Shown here: positions 25,390 to 35,294 of the stretch, piece after piece
Layout of the letters: every line of letters begins with the position of its first letter
Numbering within the stretch: position 1 is the first letter of the stretch
Assembly: GCA_051884915.1 (NCBI GenBank)
Contig: JBJEWF010000022.1
Coordinates: 13,628 to 77,627, forward strand
DNA: 64,000 bases
Reading direction: 5' to 3'
From: Kiritimatiellia bacterium
GTDB taxonomy: Bacteria; Verrucomicrobiota; Kiritimatiellia; RFP12; UBA1067
The notes under the pieces: generated by a model
Told to the model about the DNA's origin: nothing
What the model saw: only the letters and a program-made list of their open reading frames with translations
The model's database searches: none
Translations under genes and position numbers: made by a program

Positions 25390-28300
25390 CAAGCGAACGT
25401 GTTTTCGGCGCGGCGATTTTCAGGCCGGACTTCGATTTGACGGGGCCGCATCTCATCGCGGCGTCGGCGGGAACGGGCAAGACCTACAACATCCAGAACA
25501 TCTACGTCCGGCTGGTGGGCGAGCTGGGCCTGCGCGTGTCGCAGATCCAGGTGATGACGTTCACGGAAGCGGCGACCAAGGAATTGCGCGACCGGATCCG
25601 CCGCGTGCTGTCCGGCATGTCGCGCGTGCTCGCGGGGGACGTCGCGGATCTGAATGCCGACGAGCTCGCCCGCCTCGGGAAGCTGCGGACGTGCGCCCAG
25701 GCGAATCTGCCGGGAGGGGCGGACGCGGCGGACCGGATCCTGCGCGGGCGCATCGAACTCGGGCTGATGGAGTTCGACCAGGCCGCCATCTCGACCATCC
25801 ACGGCTTCTGCCGCCGCGCGCTGGCCCGTTTCGCCTTTGAAACGGGAAGTCCGTTCGCCGGCGAGTGCGAGGACACCATGTCCGAAGACCTGTCGCGGCG
25901 GGTCCGGGACTGGTGGCGGAAAGACCGGCTGGCGCTGCCAGAAGACGCGCGGAAGCAGCTGGATCTCGCGACGCTCGACGCGTTCGTGCGCGCGCTGGCC
26001 GGCAAGTCCGACTGGTCCGTGGACGCGCCGGCGGCCGGCGCGTCCGCCGGCGATCCGCTGGTCGTGGCGAAGACAATCGTGGAAGCCTACGAAGCGGACC
26101 GGGCCCGGCGGGAGAAACAGACGTTCGACGATCTGCTCCGGGCGCTGCGCGACGCGCTGGCGGACCGGGAGAAGGGGCCGGAGCTGTCCGCTCTCCTGCG
26201 GGCGGAATTCAAGGCGGCCCTCGTGGACGAGTTCCAGGATACCGATCCCGTGCAGTACGACATCTTCCGGCGGCTGTTTCTGGGCGCGGACGCGCACGGG
26301 GGCGCGCTCTATTTCGTCGGCGATCCCAAGCAGGCCATTTATTCGTTCCGGGGCGGAGACATCTACACCTACAAGCGGGCCGTGCAAAGCGCGGAGGTCG
26401 CGCCCCATGCGTTCTGCCTGGACCGGAACTTCCGCTCGACGCCGCGATTGATCGACGCCGTCAATGCGCTTTTCCGCGACGTCCGGCGTCCGGACGGCGC
26501 CTGTTCCCGGACGTTTGGCGATGACGCGATCGCCTACGCGGACGATTTGCGCAGCACTCCTCTCCCCGCGCTGAAGACGGCCGACGGGCGGGACGACGCG
26601 GCGCCTTTCCGGATCGTCCGGGTCGCGAACCGGTCCGCACGCGTTCCGGCCGTCGTCGCGGACGCCGTGCTGGAGGTCCTGGCCGAACAGCCGCACCTGA
26701 CGCCGCGCGACATCGCGATTCTCGTCCCGTCGCATCGGGCGGGGGCCGACTATCGTGCGGAACTGCGCGCGCGGGGCGTGCCGGTCGTGATGCAGAAGGC
26801 GGGCAACGTCTTTGCCGGAGAGACGGCCATGGCCTTTTACGACGTGCTTCAGGCGATGGCCCTCAGGGGCGGGGCCGGACAGGTCCGCGCGGCCCTGCTT
26901 TCTCCGTTCTTCTCCTTTGCGGCCAAGGATCTGGCCGGCGGCAACGAAACGCTGCTGGCCGACATGATCGGGACCTTTGGCGAACTGAACCGCATCTGGA
27001 ACGGCCGGGGCTTCAATGCGGCGATGGCCGCCCTGGAGGCCTGTCCCGCCTGCGATTTCAGGCGGCGTTTCGCCGGCTTGCCCGACGGCGAACGCCGGCT
27101 GGCGGACATTCTCCAGATCGTCGAGCTGGCCAACAAGGCCATCCTGCGCTTCGGCCCCGCGCCCGACGTTCTGGTCGACTGGCTGACAGCGCGCATCAAC
27201 CTGTCCGGGGAATCGCGCGCCGAGGTCGACGCGGAAGAGTATGCCCGCCAGCTGGAGAGCGAAGACGACGCCGTGAAAATCATGACGGTCCACGTCTCCA
27301 AGGGCCTGGAATTCCCCGTCGCGATCATTCCGCTGGCGGCGAAGGGGAAATCCGCCAGCCCGCCCTATTTCCACCATGACGCGCCGGGGCGGCTCCGCGT
27401 CTCCGCCGACGAGGCGGCGCAAGCGGCCGCCCAGAAGGAGCTGGACGACGAGCAGATGCGCCTGCTCTATGTCGCGATGACGCGCGCCTCGCGGCGGACC
27501 GTGGTCATTGCGCCCGCCGCGAGTTTCGGGAACCCGGCCTTCGCCCGCCTTGTCGACAATGCGCGAATCCATGGCGCGGGGGAGGACGCGGCGGATTCTC
27601 CGATCCGGTGGAGCGACTACGCGGAGGTTCCCCGTCCCGATTACCGCCCGCCCCGGCGCGACACGGCTTCCCTGAAGGCGGCGGCGACGCCACGGCCCTA
27701 TTCCCGGGACGTCCTGCGGGGAAGCTATTCGACGCTTGCGCCGGCTTTCCGCGGAACGGAGGACGACGCGCACGATTTCGACGCGGCGGCCGAAGTCCCC
27801 CCCGTGGAGACCGAAACGCATCCCGTCTTCGGCTTCATGGCGGGGCGCCAAGTCGGCATCGCCTGGCATGAGATCTTCGAGGCGATTCCCTTCGACGCCG
27901 ATCCGGACGCCATCCGGAAGCAGACGGAGGCGTCGCTGCGCGTGAATGGCGTGCTGGCGGGCGGACCGGAAGCGCGCGCGCGGCAGGTCGCCGCCGTCGC
28001 GGACATGGTGCGGGCCGCGCTCGACTGGCCGTTGACGTCGCCGGCCGGCCGGCGTTTTGCGCTGCGGGACGTCGGCGCGGCGGATCGCTTCAGCGAATGG
28101 GAATTCGACTTCTCTTCCGCCGCCGCGGTCGATCGCACGGCGGAGCTGGCGCGCATCCTTGAGCAGGAGTGGGCCGGCGACGGGACGAAGGCGGCCTTCC
28201 TGTCCTGTCTGCGGGGATGGAACCGGCCGATTCCCAAAGGATGGTTCAGGGGATTCCTGGATCTGGTCTTCCGCAAGGACGGCTACTACTACGTCGCCGA

Positions 28301-28595
28301 CTGGAAGTCGAACGTGCTGGATCGCACGGCGGAATCGTTCGCGGCGGAGAACGTGACGGCGGAAATGGCCCGCGCCGGCTACTTCTGGCAGTATCTGCTC
28401 TACGCGGTCGTGCTGCGCCGGCTGCTGGTGGACACGATGGGCGACGCCTACTCGTGGGCGCGCCACTTCGGCGGCGTGCGGTACTATTTTCTCCGTGGCG
28501 TCGCGGCGGGACGGGCCGCGTCGGTCTTCGCCGACCGGCCGGGCGAGAGCCTGCTGAAGCGGCTGTCCGCGGCATTGGGACTGGAAAGGGCGTGA
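25386..28595 (+). CDS. recB: exodeoxyribonuclease V beta subunit RecB (UvrD-type helicase plus PD-(D/E)xK nuclease)
   Basis: LIAASAGTGKTYNI Walker A, VDEFQDTDP, FVGDPKQAIYSFRGGD, and the C-terminal nuclease motif GFLDLVF...YVADWKSN. Confidence 0.9.
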   Translation: MTSERVFGAAIFRPDFDLTGPHLIAASAGTGKTYNIQNIYVRLVGELGLRVSQIQVMTFTEAATKELRDRIRRVLSGMSRVLAGDVADLNADELARLGKLRTCAQANLPGGADAADRILRGRIELGLMEFDQAAISTIHGFCRRALARFAFETGSPFAGECEDTMSEDLSRRVRDWWRKDRLALPEDARKQLDLATLDAFVRALAGKSDWSVDAPAAGASAGDPLVVAKTIVEAYEADRARREKQTFDDLLRALRDALADREKGPELSALLRAEFKAALVDEFQDTDPVQYDIFRRLFLGADAHGGALYFVGDPKQAIYSFRGGDIYTYKRAVQSAEVAPHAFCLDRNFRSTPRLIDAVNALFRDVRRPDGACSRTFGDDAIAYADDLRSTPLPALKTADGRDDAAPFRIVRVANRSARVPAVVADAVLEVLAEQPHLTPRDIAILVPSHRAGADYRAELRARGVPVVMQKAGNVFAGETAMAFYDVLQAMALRGGAGQVRAALLSPFFSFAAKDLAGGNETLLADMIGTFGELNRIWNGRGFNAAMAALEACPACDFRRRFAGLPDGERRLADILQIVELANKAILRFGPAPDVLVDWLTARINLSGESRAEVDAEEYARQLESEDDAVKIMTVHVSKGLEFPVAIIPLAAKGKSASPPYFHHDAPGRLRVSADEAAQAAAQKELDDEQMRLLYVAMTRASRRTVVIAPAASFGNPAFARLVDNARIHGAGEDAADSPIRWSDYAEVPRPDYRPPRRDTASLKAAATPRPYSRDVLRGSYSTLAPAFRGTEDDAHDFDAAAEVPPVETETHPVFGFMAGRQVGIAWHEIFEAIPFDADPDAIRKQTEASLRVNGVLAGGPEARARQVAAVADMVRAALDWPLTSPAGRRFALRDVGAADRFSEWEFDFSSAAAVDRTAELARILEQEWAGDGTKAAFLSCLRGWNRPIPKGWFRGFLDLVFRKDGYYYVADWKSNVLDRTAESFAAENVTAEMARAGYFWQYLLYAVVLRRLLVDTMGDAYSWARHFGGVRYYFLRGVAAGRAASVFADRPGESLLKRLSAALGLERA

Positions 28596-28596
28596 A

Positions 28597-30129
28597 ATGG
28601 AACATGCGGTCTACGATCTGGTCTTGCGAATGACGGCCGGACGGGCGGACGTGGCCCGGCTCTGCGGCGAGGCCGTGTCGGGACTGGGCGACGGGGACGT
28701 CTGCCGGGCCCTTTCGCCGGCGGAGCGGCTGTCGCTGCGCGACGCGGGATCCGTCGTCGCGTTTGCCGACGCGGCAACGGCGCCCGCCGACGTCCATGCG
28801 CCATTCGTCGTGGAAGGCGCTCTCCTCTACACGCGGCGGAATTGGCAGTACGAGCGGAACGTGAAGGCCCGGCTGGACGGCCTGTCGGCGCAGACGGACG
28901 CGGTGGCGCTGCCCCGCGACGAATTCTACGGCTCGTTGCGTCCCGACCAGCGCCATGCGGTGGAGGTCATGTGCCGCCGGCAGTTCGCGATTCTGACGGG
29001 AGGGCCGGGCACGGGGAAGACGCATACGCTCGCCCGGGCGGTGCGATTCGTCCGGGACCGCCAGCCGGGCCTGCGCCTGGGCCTGGCGGCGCCGACGGGA
29101 AAGGCTGCCGCGCGCATGAGGGAATCCATGGCGCGGGCGATGGAGGACGTTCCCGACGCCCTGACGATCCATTCGCTGCTGAAGCCGAATCACGATCTCG
29201 TCACCTTTCGCCACGACCGGGACAATCCGCTTCCGCTGGACTGGCTGATCGTCGACGAGGCGAGCATGATCGGCCTTCCGCTGATGTCCAGACTGCTGGA
29301 CGCGCTGCCCGACGGATGCCGGCTGACGCTGGTGGGCGATGCCGATCAGCTCGCTTCGGTCGAACGGGGCCGCGTGTTCGGGGATCTTTGCCGACGGTGC
29401 GGCGCGTCGCTTTGCCGGCTGACCACGAGCCGGCGCTTCCCGCCCGACGGCGAAATCGCGCGCCTGGCGGCGGCCGTCAACGGCAATCGCCCGGACCGGG
29501 CGCTCGACGTGCTGCGGGGCGGCGGCCGCGTGTCGTTCCAGGACGTCTCGGCGTGTCCTCCCTTCCGTTTCCGCAGCTGGCCTGGCTTCGCGGCGCTCGT
29601 CCGCGAGAAGTTCGCCGCCTTGTCCGCCTGCGCGGATCCGCGGGCGGCGTTGGCGCATCTCAACGACTTCAAGGTCCTCTGCGCGGTACGCGAAGGGCCG
29701 TTCGGCGTCGAACACGTGAACCGGTTTGTCGCCGACCTGCTGGGCGGGAATTGCCCGCTGCCCATGATGGTCGTGCAGAACGACGCCCTGCTCGGCGTGG
29801 TGAATGGCGACGTCGGCGTGGTCATGCCGGACGATCCGGCGCGTCTCCATCTGCCGGCGGGCGACGGGGTGCGTTCCATCCGCCTCGAACTGCTGCCGCG
29901 GGTGGAGACGGCCTTCGCGTCGACGATCCATAAGGCCCAGGGTTCGGAGTTCACGGACGTGGCGCTCGTCCTGCCGCCGGACGGCGCGAACCCGCTGCTG
30001 ACGCGGGAAGTCCTCTACACGGGCATCACCCGGACGCAGGAGCGGGTGTTCGTCTATGCCGGCGAGGACGCGATCCGGCGCTGCTGCATGACGTCCGTCG
30101 CGCGCGTTTCCGGGCTGGCGCTCTCCTGA
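28597..30129 (+). CDS. recD: exodeoxyribonuclease V alpha subunit RecD
   Basis: LTGGPGTGKTHT Walker A, LIVDEASM, LVGDADQLASV, STIHKAQGSEF. Confidence 0.9.
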   Translation: MEHAVYDLVLRMTAGRADVARLCGEAVSGLGDGDVCRALSPAERLSLRDAGSVVAFADAATAPADVHAPFVVEGALLYTRRNWQYERNVKARLDGLSAQTDAVALPRDEFYGSLRPDQRHAVEVMCRRQFAILTGGPGTGKTHTLARAVRFVRDRQPGLRLGLAAPTGKAAARMRESMARAMEDVPDALTIHSLLKPNHDLVTFRHDRDNPLPLDWLIVDEASMIGLPLMSRLLDALPDGCRLTLVGDADQLASVERGRVFGDLCRRCGASLCRLTTSRRFPPDGEIARLAAAVNGNRPDRALDVLRGGGRVSFQDVSACPPFRFRSWPGFAALVREKFAALSACADPRAALAHLNDFKVLCAVREGPFGVEHVNRFVADLLGGNCPLPMMVVQNDALLGVVNGDVGVVMPDDPARLHLPAGDGVRSIRLELLPRVETAFASTIHKAQGSEFTDVALVLPPDGANPLLTREVLYTGITRTQERVFVYAGEDAIRRCCMTSVARVSGLALS

Positions 30130-30208
30130 TCGCCCGCGCCCGGAAGCCGGCCGCGCCGCAGGGAACCGGCGGGGAACGTCCGCCGCGAAAAAAAAGACCG
30201 CCCGCATT

Positions 30209-30283
30209 GGCAGTCCCTAGGAGAGTCGAACTCCTCTTACAGGCATGAAAAGCCCGTGTCCTAACCGATAGACGAAGGGACCA
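30209..30283 (-). tRNA. tRNA-Glu (anticodon UUC), CCA encoded
   Basis: Hand-folded cloverleaf. Acceptor GGTCCCT/AGGGACT (G1-U72 wobble), D arm GTCT/GGAC, anticodon stem CGGGC/GCCTG with loop TTTTCAT (UUC), T arm AGGAG-TTCGACT-CTCCT, discriminator G plus CCA. Close to E. coli tRNA-Glu. Confidence 0.9.
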
Positions 30284-30305
30284 CGCGGGTGGCAACGGGT
30301 AGATA

Positions 30306-30334
30306 GTCTACCAAATGCGTCCGCTTCGTGCAAG
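30306..30334 (-). promoter_or_regulatory. sigma70-type promoter of tRNA-Glu: TTGCAC - 17 nt - TGgTAGACT
   Basis: The reverse complement reads cTTGCACgaagcggacgcattTGGTAGACTatc. The -10 ends 22 nt upstream of the mature tRNA 5' end. Confidence 0.55.
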
Positions 30335-30450
30335 GGGGAATGGCGCGATTTTTTGCCGGGTCGGATGCGCGCGGCGAAAGGGCGGCCGCCGCGGGGGAAA
30401 CTCGCGATCCAGAATCGGCGAAAGAGTTCTTCTGCTTTGTCCGGGTTCTG

Positions 30451-30459
30451 TGCTATGAT
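30451..30459 (+). promoter_or_regulatory. extended -10 like element TGCTATGAT upstream of dprA
   Basis: Lies 27 nt upstream of ATG 30487, with GGGAGAGGA SD in between. Confidence 0.4.
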
Positions 30460-30486
30460 GTCTTCCGCGCGGGAGAGGACTTGAAC

Positions 30487-31602
30487 ATGACCGAACGGGA
30501 AGCGAGAATCGCCTTCAACATGATTCCGACGGTGGGAGCCGTCCGGCTGGCCCGTCTGATGGCCGACGCGGGCGGCCGCGCCGCCGACGCCTACGAGATG
30601 CTGCCGGACAAGCGGGACTGGGCGGGAAACGAACCGGCGTGGGAACGGGAAATCGAACGGGCCGGGAAAATGCGGGTGCGGATCGTGACGGAGGTCGACG
30701 AGGACTATCCGCCGCTCCTGCGGGAGATCGCCTCGCCGCCCCTCGCGCTCTACGTTGTCGGCGACACGGCCGCGCTGTCCAAGGCGGGCGTCGCCCTCGT
30801 GGGAACGCGCCGGGCCACGCCGTACGGGCAGCTGACGGCCGAACGGCTGGCGGCGGATCTGGCCCGGCGGGGCTGGGCCGTCTTTTCCGGGCTGGCCCGT
30901 GGCATCGACGCGGCCGCCCACCAGGGGGCCTTGACGGCCGGCGGCGTCACGGTGGGCGTGCTGGGGGGTGCGCTGGACCGGTTCTTCCCGGAGGAGAATC
31001 GGGATCTGGCCCGGCGGATGGTCGAGCAGGGCGGGGCCGTGGTGAGCGAGTTCCCGTTTGGCCGTTCGCCCGACGCGCAGACGTTTCCGCAGCGGAACCG
31101 GATTGTCGCGGGCCTCGCGCGGGGCGTGGTCGCGGTGGAGTGTCCCGTTCACAGCGGCACGCTGATCACCTGCTCGCGCGCGGCCGAACAGGGCCGTGCC
31201 GTGATGGCGGTTCCGGGGCGGATCGATTCCCGCGCCTCGTCGGGCTGTCTCCACCTGATCCGCGAAGGCGCGCGGCTCGTCACCGGCGTGGACGACATTC
31301 TGGAGGAGCTGACGCCCCTGGGCCACGCGCGCGAGACGCCGGCGGCCCGGCCGGGTCCGTCCCGGTCCCGGCCGGCGGGCCGGCCGCGCGTCGCCCCGGA
31401 GGCGCCGGCGCCGGAGGTCGTGATTTCGGCGGACGAGGCCCTGGTCTTGCGCGCCGTCCACGAGCCGGAAACGTCGATCGAGCGGGTGGTGGCGGAAACC
31501 CGGCTGCCGGCGGGCCGGGTCAACGCGCTGCTGGTCGCGCTGCGGCTGAAGGGGCGTGTCGATTTCCTCCCCGGCAATCGCATCGCCCTGAAGGGACGTT
31601 AG
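30487..31602 (+). CDS. dprA: DNA-processing protein DprA
   Basis: VALVGTRRATPYG, SGLARGIDAAAHQGAL, FPQRNRIVAGL, and a C-terminal winged-helix-like tail. Start at MTEREARIAF. Confidence 0.88.
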   Translation: MTEREARIAFNMIPTVGAVRLARLMADAGGRAADAYEMLPDKRDWAGNEPAWEREIERAGKMRVRIVTEVDEDYPPLLREIASPPLALYVVGDTAALSKAGVALVGTRRATPYGQLTAERLAADLARRGWAVFSGLARGIDAAAHQGALTAGGVTVGVLGGALDRFFPEENRDLARRMVEQGGAVVSEFPFGRSPDAQTFPQRNRIVAGLARGVVAVECPVHSGTLITCSRAAEQGRAVMAVPGRIDSRASSGCLHLIREGARLVTGVDDILEELTPLGHARETPAARPGPSRSRPAGRPRVAPEAPAPEVVISADEALVLRAVHEPETSIERVVAETRLPAGRVNALLVALRLKGRVDFLPGNRIALKGR

Positions 31603-31692
31603 CGCGCCCCGTGTCGGAAAAATGATTTTCCCTATTGTGTTTCCGTGAAGTTTTTCGTATCTTATGAGGCCACATTTGAGGCGTATGGCTAT

Positions 31693-34299
31693 ATGAATAC
31701 AAAGTTGTTGATTGTCGAGTCTCCCGCGAAAGCGAAGACCATTGGCAAATATCTGGGAGAGGATTTCGTCGTCAAGTCCTCCGTCGGGCACGTTCGCGAT
31801 TTGCCGAAGAAGGGCCTTTCCATCAAGATCGCGCCGGATGCGGCGAAGGAAGGCGCCTGGACGTTCCGGCCGAACTACGAGATCACGGCGGACAAGAAAA
31901 AGGTCGTCGACGATTTGCGCAAGGCCGCCAAGGCGGCCGACGAAGTCTTTCTCGCGCCCGATCCCGACCGGGAGGGCGAGGCGATCGCCTGGCATCTGGG
32001 CGAAGTGCTCGCGGATGTGACGAAGGGCAAGCCGGTCCGCCGCGTGACCTACAACGAAATCACCAAAAGCGCGGTCCAGCAGGCCGTGGCGAATCCCGGC
32101 GAAATCAATCTGGCGCGCGTCGACGCCCAGCAGGCGCGCCGGATTCTCGACCGTCTGGTCGGGTTCAAGGTTTCGCCGCTGCTCTGGAAGAATCTCCAGT
32201 ACGGGTATACGCTGTCGGCCGGCCGCGTCCAGTCCGTCGCGCTGCGCCTGATCGTGGAGCGCGAGCGCGAAATCGGCGCGTTCCAGCCGGTCGCCTACTG
32301 GGTTCTCGGCGTCGAGGCCGCGAAGCGGTCGGGCGGGAAGGACGCCACGTTCGTCGCGAGGCTGTCCCGCGTCGACGGCGAGAAGCCGGACGTGAAGAGC
32401 CCCGAGCAGGCGGCGATGATGGTGGACGACCTCGACGGGTCCAGCCTGCAGGTCGTCTCCGTCAAGACGCAGGCGAAGACGCGCCATCCCTACCCGCCGT
32501 TCACGACGTCGACGCTGCAGCAGGCCGCCTCCAGCGTCTGCGGCTTCTCCCCGCACCGCACGATGGCGACGGCGCAGAAGCTGTACGAGGCCGGCCTGAT
32601 CACGTACATGCGCACGGACAGCGTGAACGTGGCGGCGGTGGCGCGCGCGGCGGCGAAGGAGCTGATCGTCGCCGACTACGGGGCCGCATTCGTGCCCGAG
32701 AAGCCGAATTTCTTCAAGTCGAAAGCGGGCGCGCAGGAGGCCCACGAGGCCATCCGGCCGACGGACGTCACGCGCCGGCCCGACCGGACGCTGGGCCTGG
32801 ACGCGACGGCCGCCAAGCTCTACGAGCTCATCTGGCGCCGTTTTGTCGCGTCGCAGATGGCGGACGCCCGGCTGCTCCAGAAGACCGTGGGCGTCGAGGC
32901 CGTGAAGGACAGCCTGCGCCATTCGTATCTGTTCACGGCGTCGACCACCGCCGTGGATTTCGACGGGTTCCTCGCGGTCATGAAGACGTCCCTGGCCAAG
33001 AAGGGCAAGGAGGAGGACGACGAGGAGAGCGACGAGGTGCGGGCGCTGCCGGCCCTGAGCGAAGGCGAGTCCCTGACGCCCGTCCGCTGGCTGTCCGACC
33101 GGAAGGAGACGAAGCCGCCGGCCCGCTTCTCCGAGGCCGCGCTGGTCAAGGCGCTCGAAGAGAACGGCGTTGGCCGTCCCTCGACGTACGCGCAGACCAT
33201 CGAAGTTCTCGTGGGACGGCTTTACGCGACCCGCGAATCGCGCCAGCTGGTGCCGACCCAGCGCGGGATGGACGTGAACGACTGGCTGGTCGAGAAGCTG
33301 GCGCCGCTGTTCAACGTGGGCTACACGGCCGAGATGGAAGCGGAGCTCGACAAGATCGAAGAGGGGCGGCTGAAGGGGGACGGCATGCTGTCCGCGTTCT
33401 ACGGGCCTTTCGTCGAATGGCTGAAGAACGCGCAGGAGCCGCCGCCGCCGGCCGAGAAGTTCCTGGCGCTTTTCGGCCTTCTGGACCAGGTGAAGGTCTG
33501 GAAGGAGCCGATGACGGTCGGCAAGCGGACCTATTCGGACGAGGCGTTCGTGCGGTCCGTCAGGATGCAGCTGACGGAGGGGAAGGCGCCCGTTTCCGAC
33601 AAGCAGCTTCAGGCGCTGGTCAAGATGGCGATCGGCTATCGCGACCAGATCCCGAACGGCGAACTGAAGCTGATCGACCTCGGCTACGGCCCCGAACTCG
33701 ACCGCGCGAAGAATTCGCCCTCGGACGAGCTGGTGAAGTGGTGCTTCCAGACGATCGACCGCATCGGCGGCCTCTCGAAGAACCCGTTTCTCAACTCGCT
33801 GCGCGAGCAGGTGGACCGCGGCCGGACGCTGTCGACGAAGCAGTTTTCGATCCTGGCCCGTTCGGTGGGCGAGAACGCGGGCGCGCTGGAGGACGCCAGC
33901 CAGATCCGCGCGCGCCTGGAGCCTTACGTGCCCGGCGGCTTCGAGATCGCGCCGGTGGATCCGGCCGTTCCGGACATTCTCGAACTGCTGAAGAGCGTGA
34001 CGGAATGGAAGCCGCCGGTGCATCGGGGACGCCGCGTCTACAACGACTGCGAGTTCGTGGCCTCCCTGCGCGACCAGTACGCGCGCCGCAGTTCGCTTTC
34101 GGCGCGGCAGGTGCTGGCGCTTCGCCGGGTCTGCGTGGCCTACAAGGACCAGATTCCCGCTTTCGAGGCGGAGGCCGACCGCCTGGGGCTTCGCAACCTG
34201 CCGCACCATGAAAAGGGCGGCGACGGCGACAAGGGGGACCCGGCGGCGCGCGCGGGGAAGCGGACGTCTACCCGCAGAAGGAGGGGACCGCAGCCGTGA
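31693..34299 (+). CDS. topA: DNA topoisomerase I with a non-canonical, Cys-free repeat C-terminus
   Basis: LLIVESPAKAKTIGKYLG Toprim start, DPDREGEAI, active-site GLITYMRTDS. The C-terminal ~300 aa lack CxxC zinc ribbons and contain duplicated modules. Confidence 0.92.
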   Translation: MNTKLLIVESPAKAKTIGKYLGEDFVVKSSVGHVRDLPKKGLSIKIAPDAAKEGAWTFRPNYEITADKKKVVDDLRKAAKAADEVFLAPDPDREGEAIAWHLGEVLADVTKGKPVRRVTYNEITKSAVQQAVANPGEINLARVDAQQARRILDRLVGFKVSPLLWKNLQYGYTLSAGRVQSVALRLIVEREREIGAFQPVAYWVLGVEAAKRSGGKDATFVARLSRVDGEKPDVKSPEQAAMMVDDLDGSSLQVVSVKTQAKTRHPYPPFTTSTLQQAASSVCGFSPHRTMATAQKLYEAGLITYMRTDSVNVAAVARAAAKELIVADYGAAFVPEKPNFFKSKAGAQEAHEAIRPTDVTRRPDRTLGLDATAAKLYELIWRRFVASQMADARLLQKTVGVEAVKDSLRHSYLFTASTTAVDFDGFLAVMKTSLAKKGKEEDDEESDEVRALPALSEGESLTPVRWLSDRKETKPPARFSEAALVKALEENGVGRPSTYAQTIEVLVGRLYATRESRQLVPTQRGMDVNDWLVEKLAPLFNVGYTAEMEAELDKIEEGRLKGDGMLSAFYGPFVEWLKNAQEPPPPAEKFLALFGLLDQVKVWKEPMTVGKRTYSDEAFVRSVRMQLTEGKAPVSDKQLQALVKMAIGYRDQIPNGELKLIDLGYGPELDRAKNSPSDELVKWCFQTIDRIGGLSKNPFLNSLREQVDRGRTLSTKQFSILARSVGENAGALEDASQIRARLEPYVPGGFEIAPVDPAVPDILELLKSVTEWKPPVHRGRRVYNDCEFVASLRDQYARRSSLSARQVLALRRVCVAYKDQIPAFEAEADRLGLRNLPHHEKGGDGDKGDPAARAGKRTSTRRRRGPQP

Positions 34300-35291
34300 G
34301 CCTGCCGGCGAACGCGACGCTGCCGACGAACGGCAAGGTGCGTGAAGACGACTTCGCGCACCGTTTCCATTCCCATCTGCTGGCGGAGCGCAATGCGTCC
34401 GAGCTGACGGCGGCGGGCTACCTTCAGGACCTCGCCCAGTTCGCCGCCTTCCGCTGGGGAACCGCCCGGGACGTCCCGTTCGCCTGGACGTCCGTGACGC
34501 CGGAGGACGCGCGGAACTTCCTGATGTCGTTCGCGTCGAACAAGGCGCGCCCGACGACGACGCGCCGCAAGCTGGCTTCGCTTCGCGCGTTCTACCGGTT
34601 CCTGGTGCGGGAGAACCTGGCGGCGGCAAACCCGTTCAACGGGATTCGCGGCCCCAAGCTGCCCAAGCCGCTGCCGAAAATCCTGTCCGTCGAGGAAACG
34701 CGCCGCTTCCTCGAAGCGCCCGGGAACGAATTGGCGCGGCTGAAGCAGGCGGGCGCGGCCGTGTCTCCGCGGGACGCGTACGCCTGCTGCCGCGACGCGG
34801 CCTTTTTCGAGGTCCTCTATTCGACCGGCTGCCGCATTTCGGAAGTGACGCCCCTCGCGTGGCGGCAGATCGGGTTCGAGTCCGGCAGCGTCGTCGTGAC
34901 CGGAAAAGGCTCCAAACAGCGGCTCTGCATCCTGGGCAAGCCGGCGCTGCGGGCGCTTCGGCGGCTCCGCGGCCTGGCCGCCGGCCTGTGGCCGGACGGC
35001 GATGGCGAGGCGACGGCCATCTTCCTGGGCGAGCGCGGCCTGCCGATCACCTCCCGGGAAGTCGAGCGGCGGATGAAGAAGTGGCTGGCGGCGGCCGGCC
35101 TGCCGGCGGATCTGACCCCGCACAAGCTGCGCCACAGCTTCGCCACGCATCTGCTGGACTCCGGTGCCGACCTGAGGAGCGTGCAGGAAATGCTGGGCCA
35201 TGCCAATCTGGCGACGACGCAGATCTACACGCACGTTTCCATCGAACGGCTCAAGGACGAATACATGAAGGCCCATCCGCGGGCGACGTGA
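34296..35291 (+). CDS. xerC: tyrosine recombinase XerC/XerD family
   Basis: GCRISEV, HKLRHSFATHLL, LGHANLATTQIYTHV catalytic motifs. GTG start forms a GTGA overlap with the topA stop, preceded by GAAGGAGGGGA. dprA-topA-xerC order. Confidence 0.85.
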   Translation: MSLPANATLPTNGKVREDDFAHRFHSHLLAERNASELTAAGYLQDLAQFAAFRWGTARDVPFAWTSVTPEDARNFLMSFASNKARPTTTRRKLASLRAFYRFLVRENLAAANPFNGIRGPKLPKPLPKILSVEETRRFLEAPGNELARLKQAGAAVSPRDAYACCRDAAFFEVLYSTGCRISEVTPLAWRQIGFESGSVVVTGKGSKQRLCILGKPALRALRRLRGLAAGLWPDGDGEATAIFLGERGLPITSREVERRMKKWLAAAGLPADLTPHKLRHSFATHLLDSGADLRSVQEMLGHANLATTQIYTHVSIERLKDEYMKAHPRAT

Positions 35292-35294
35292 CCC

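Noticed and set aside
21481-25392. 1303-aa ORF on the - strand. Others like it: 30217-34629 (1470 aa), 55828-59997 (1389 aa), 25338-28466 (1042 aa), 50778-53681 (967 aa), 5335-8064 (909 aa), 39100-41208, 34140-36311 and 186-1709.
   Set aside because: All are antisense to + strand genes with unmistakable conserved motifs (recC/recB, dprA/topA, GH2, secretin, fba/GH5, smc, xerC, the DD-carboxypeptidase and murG). Their translations are Arg/Pro/Gly/Ala-rich low-complexity strings without motifs. These are typical shadow ORFs of high-GC DNA, where stop codons are rare on the antisense strand.
30150-30208. Hairpin cggcgg/ccgccg plus an A8 tract between recD and tRNA-Glu as an intrinsic terminator.
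   Set aside because: On the + strand the stem is followed by A residues rather than T. On the - strand the T tract precedes the stem. The polarity is wrong for a canonical terminator in either direction.
31635-31663. Promoter TTGTGT - 17 nt - TATCTT upstream of topA.
   Set aside because: Both hexamers are weak and there is no TG extension, unlike the other candidate promoters in the window. Not strong enough to list as a feature.
34296-35291. Tyrosine recombinase as the integrase of a mobile element next to tRNA-Glu.
   Set aside because: It sits in the widespread housekeeping dprA-topA-xerC arrangement and is translationally coupled to topA. The tRNA is separated from it by dprA and topA. 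There are no flanking direct repeats and no phage or plasmid genes.
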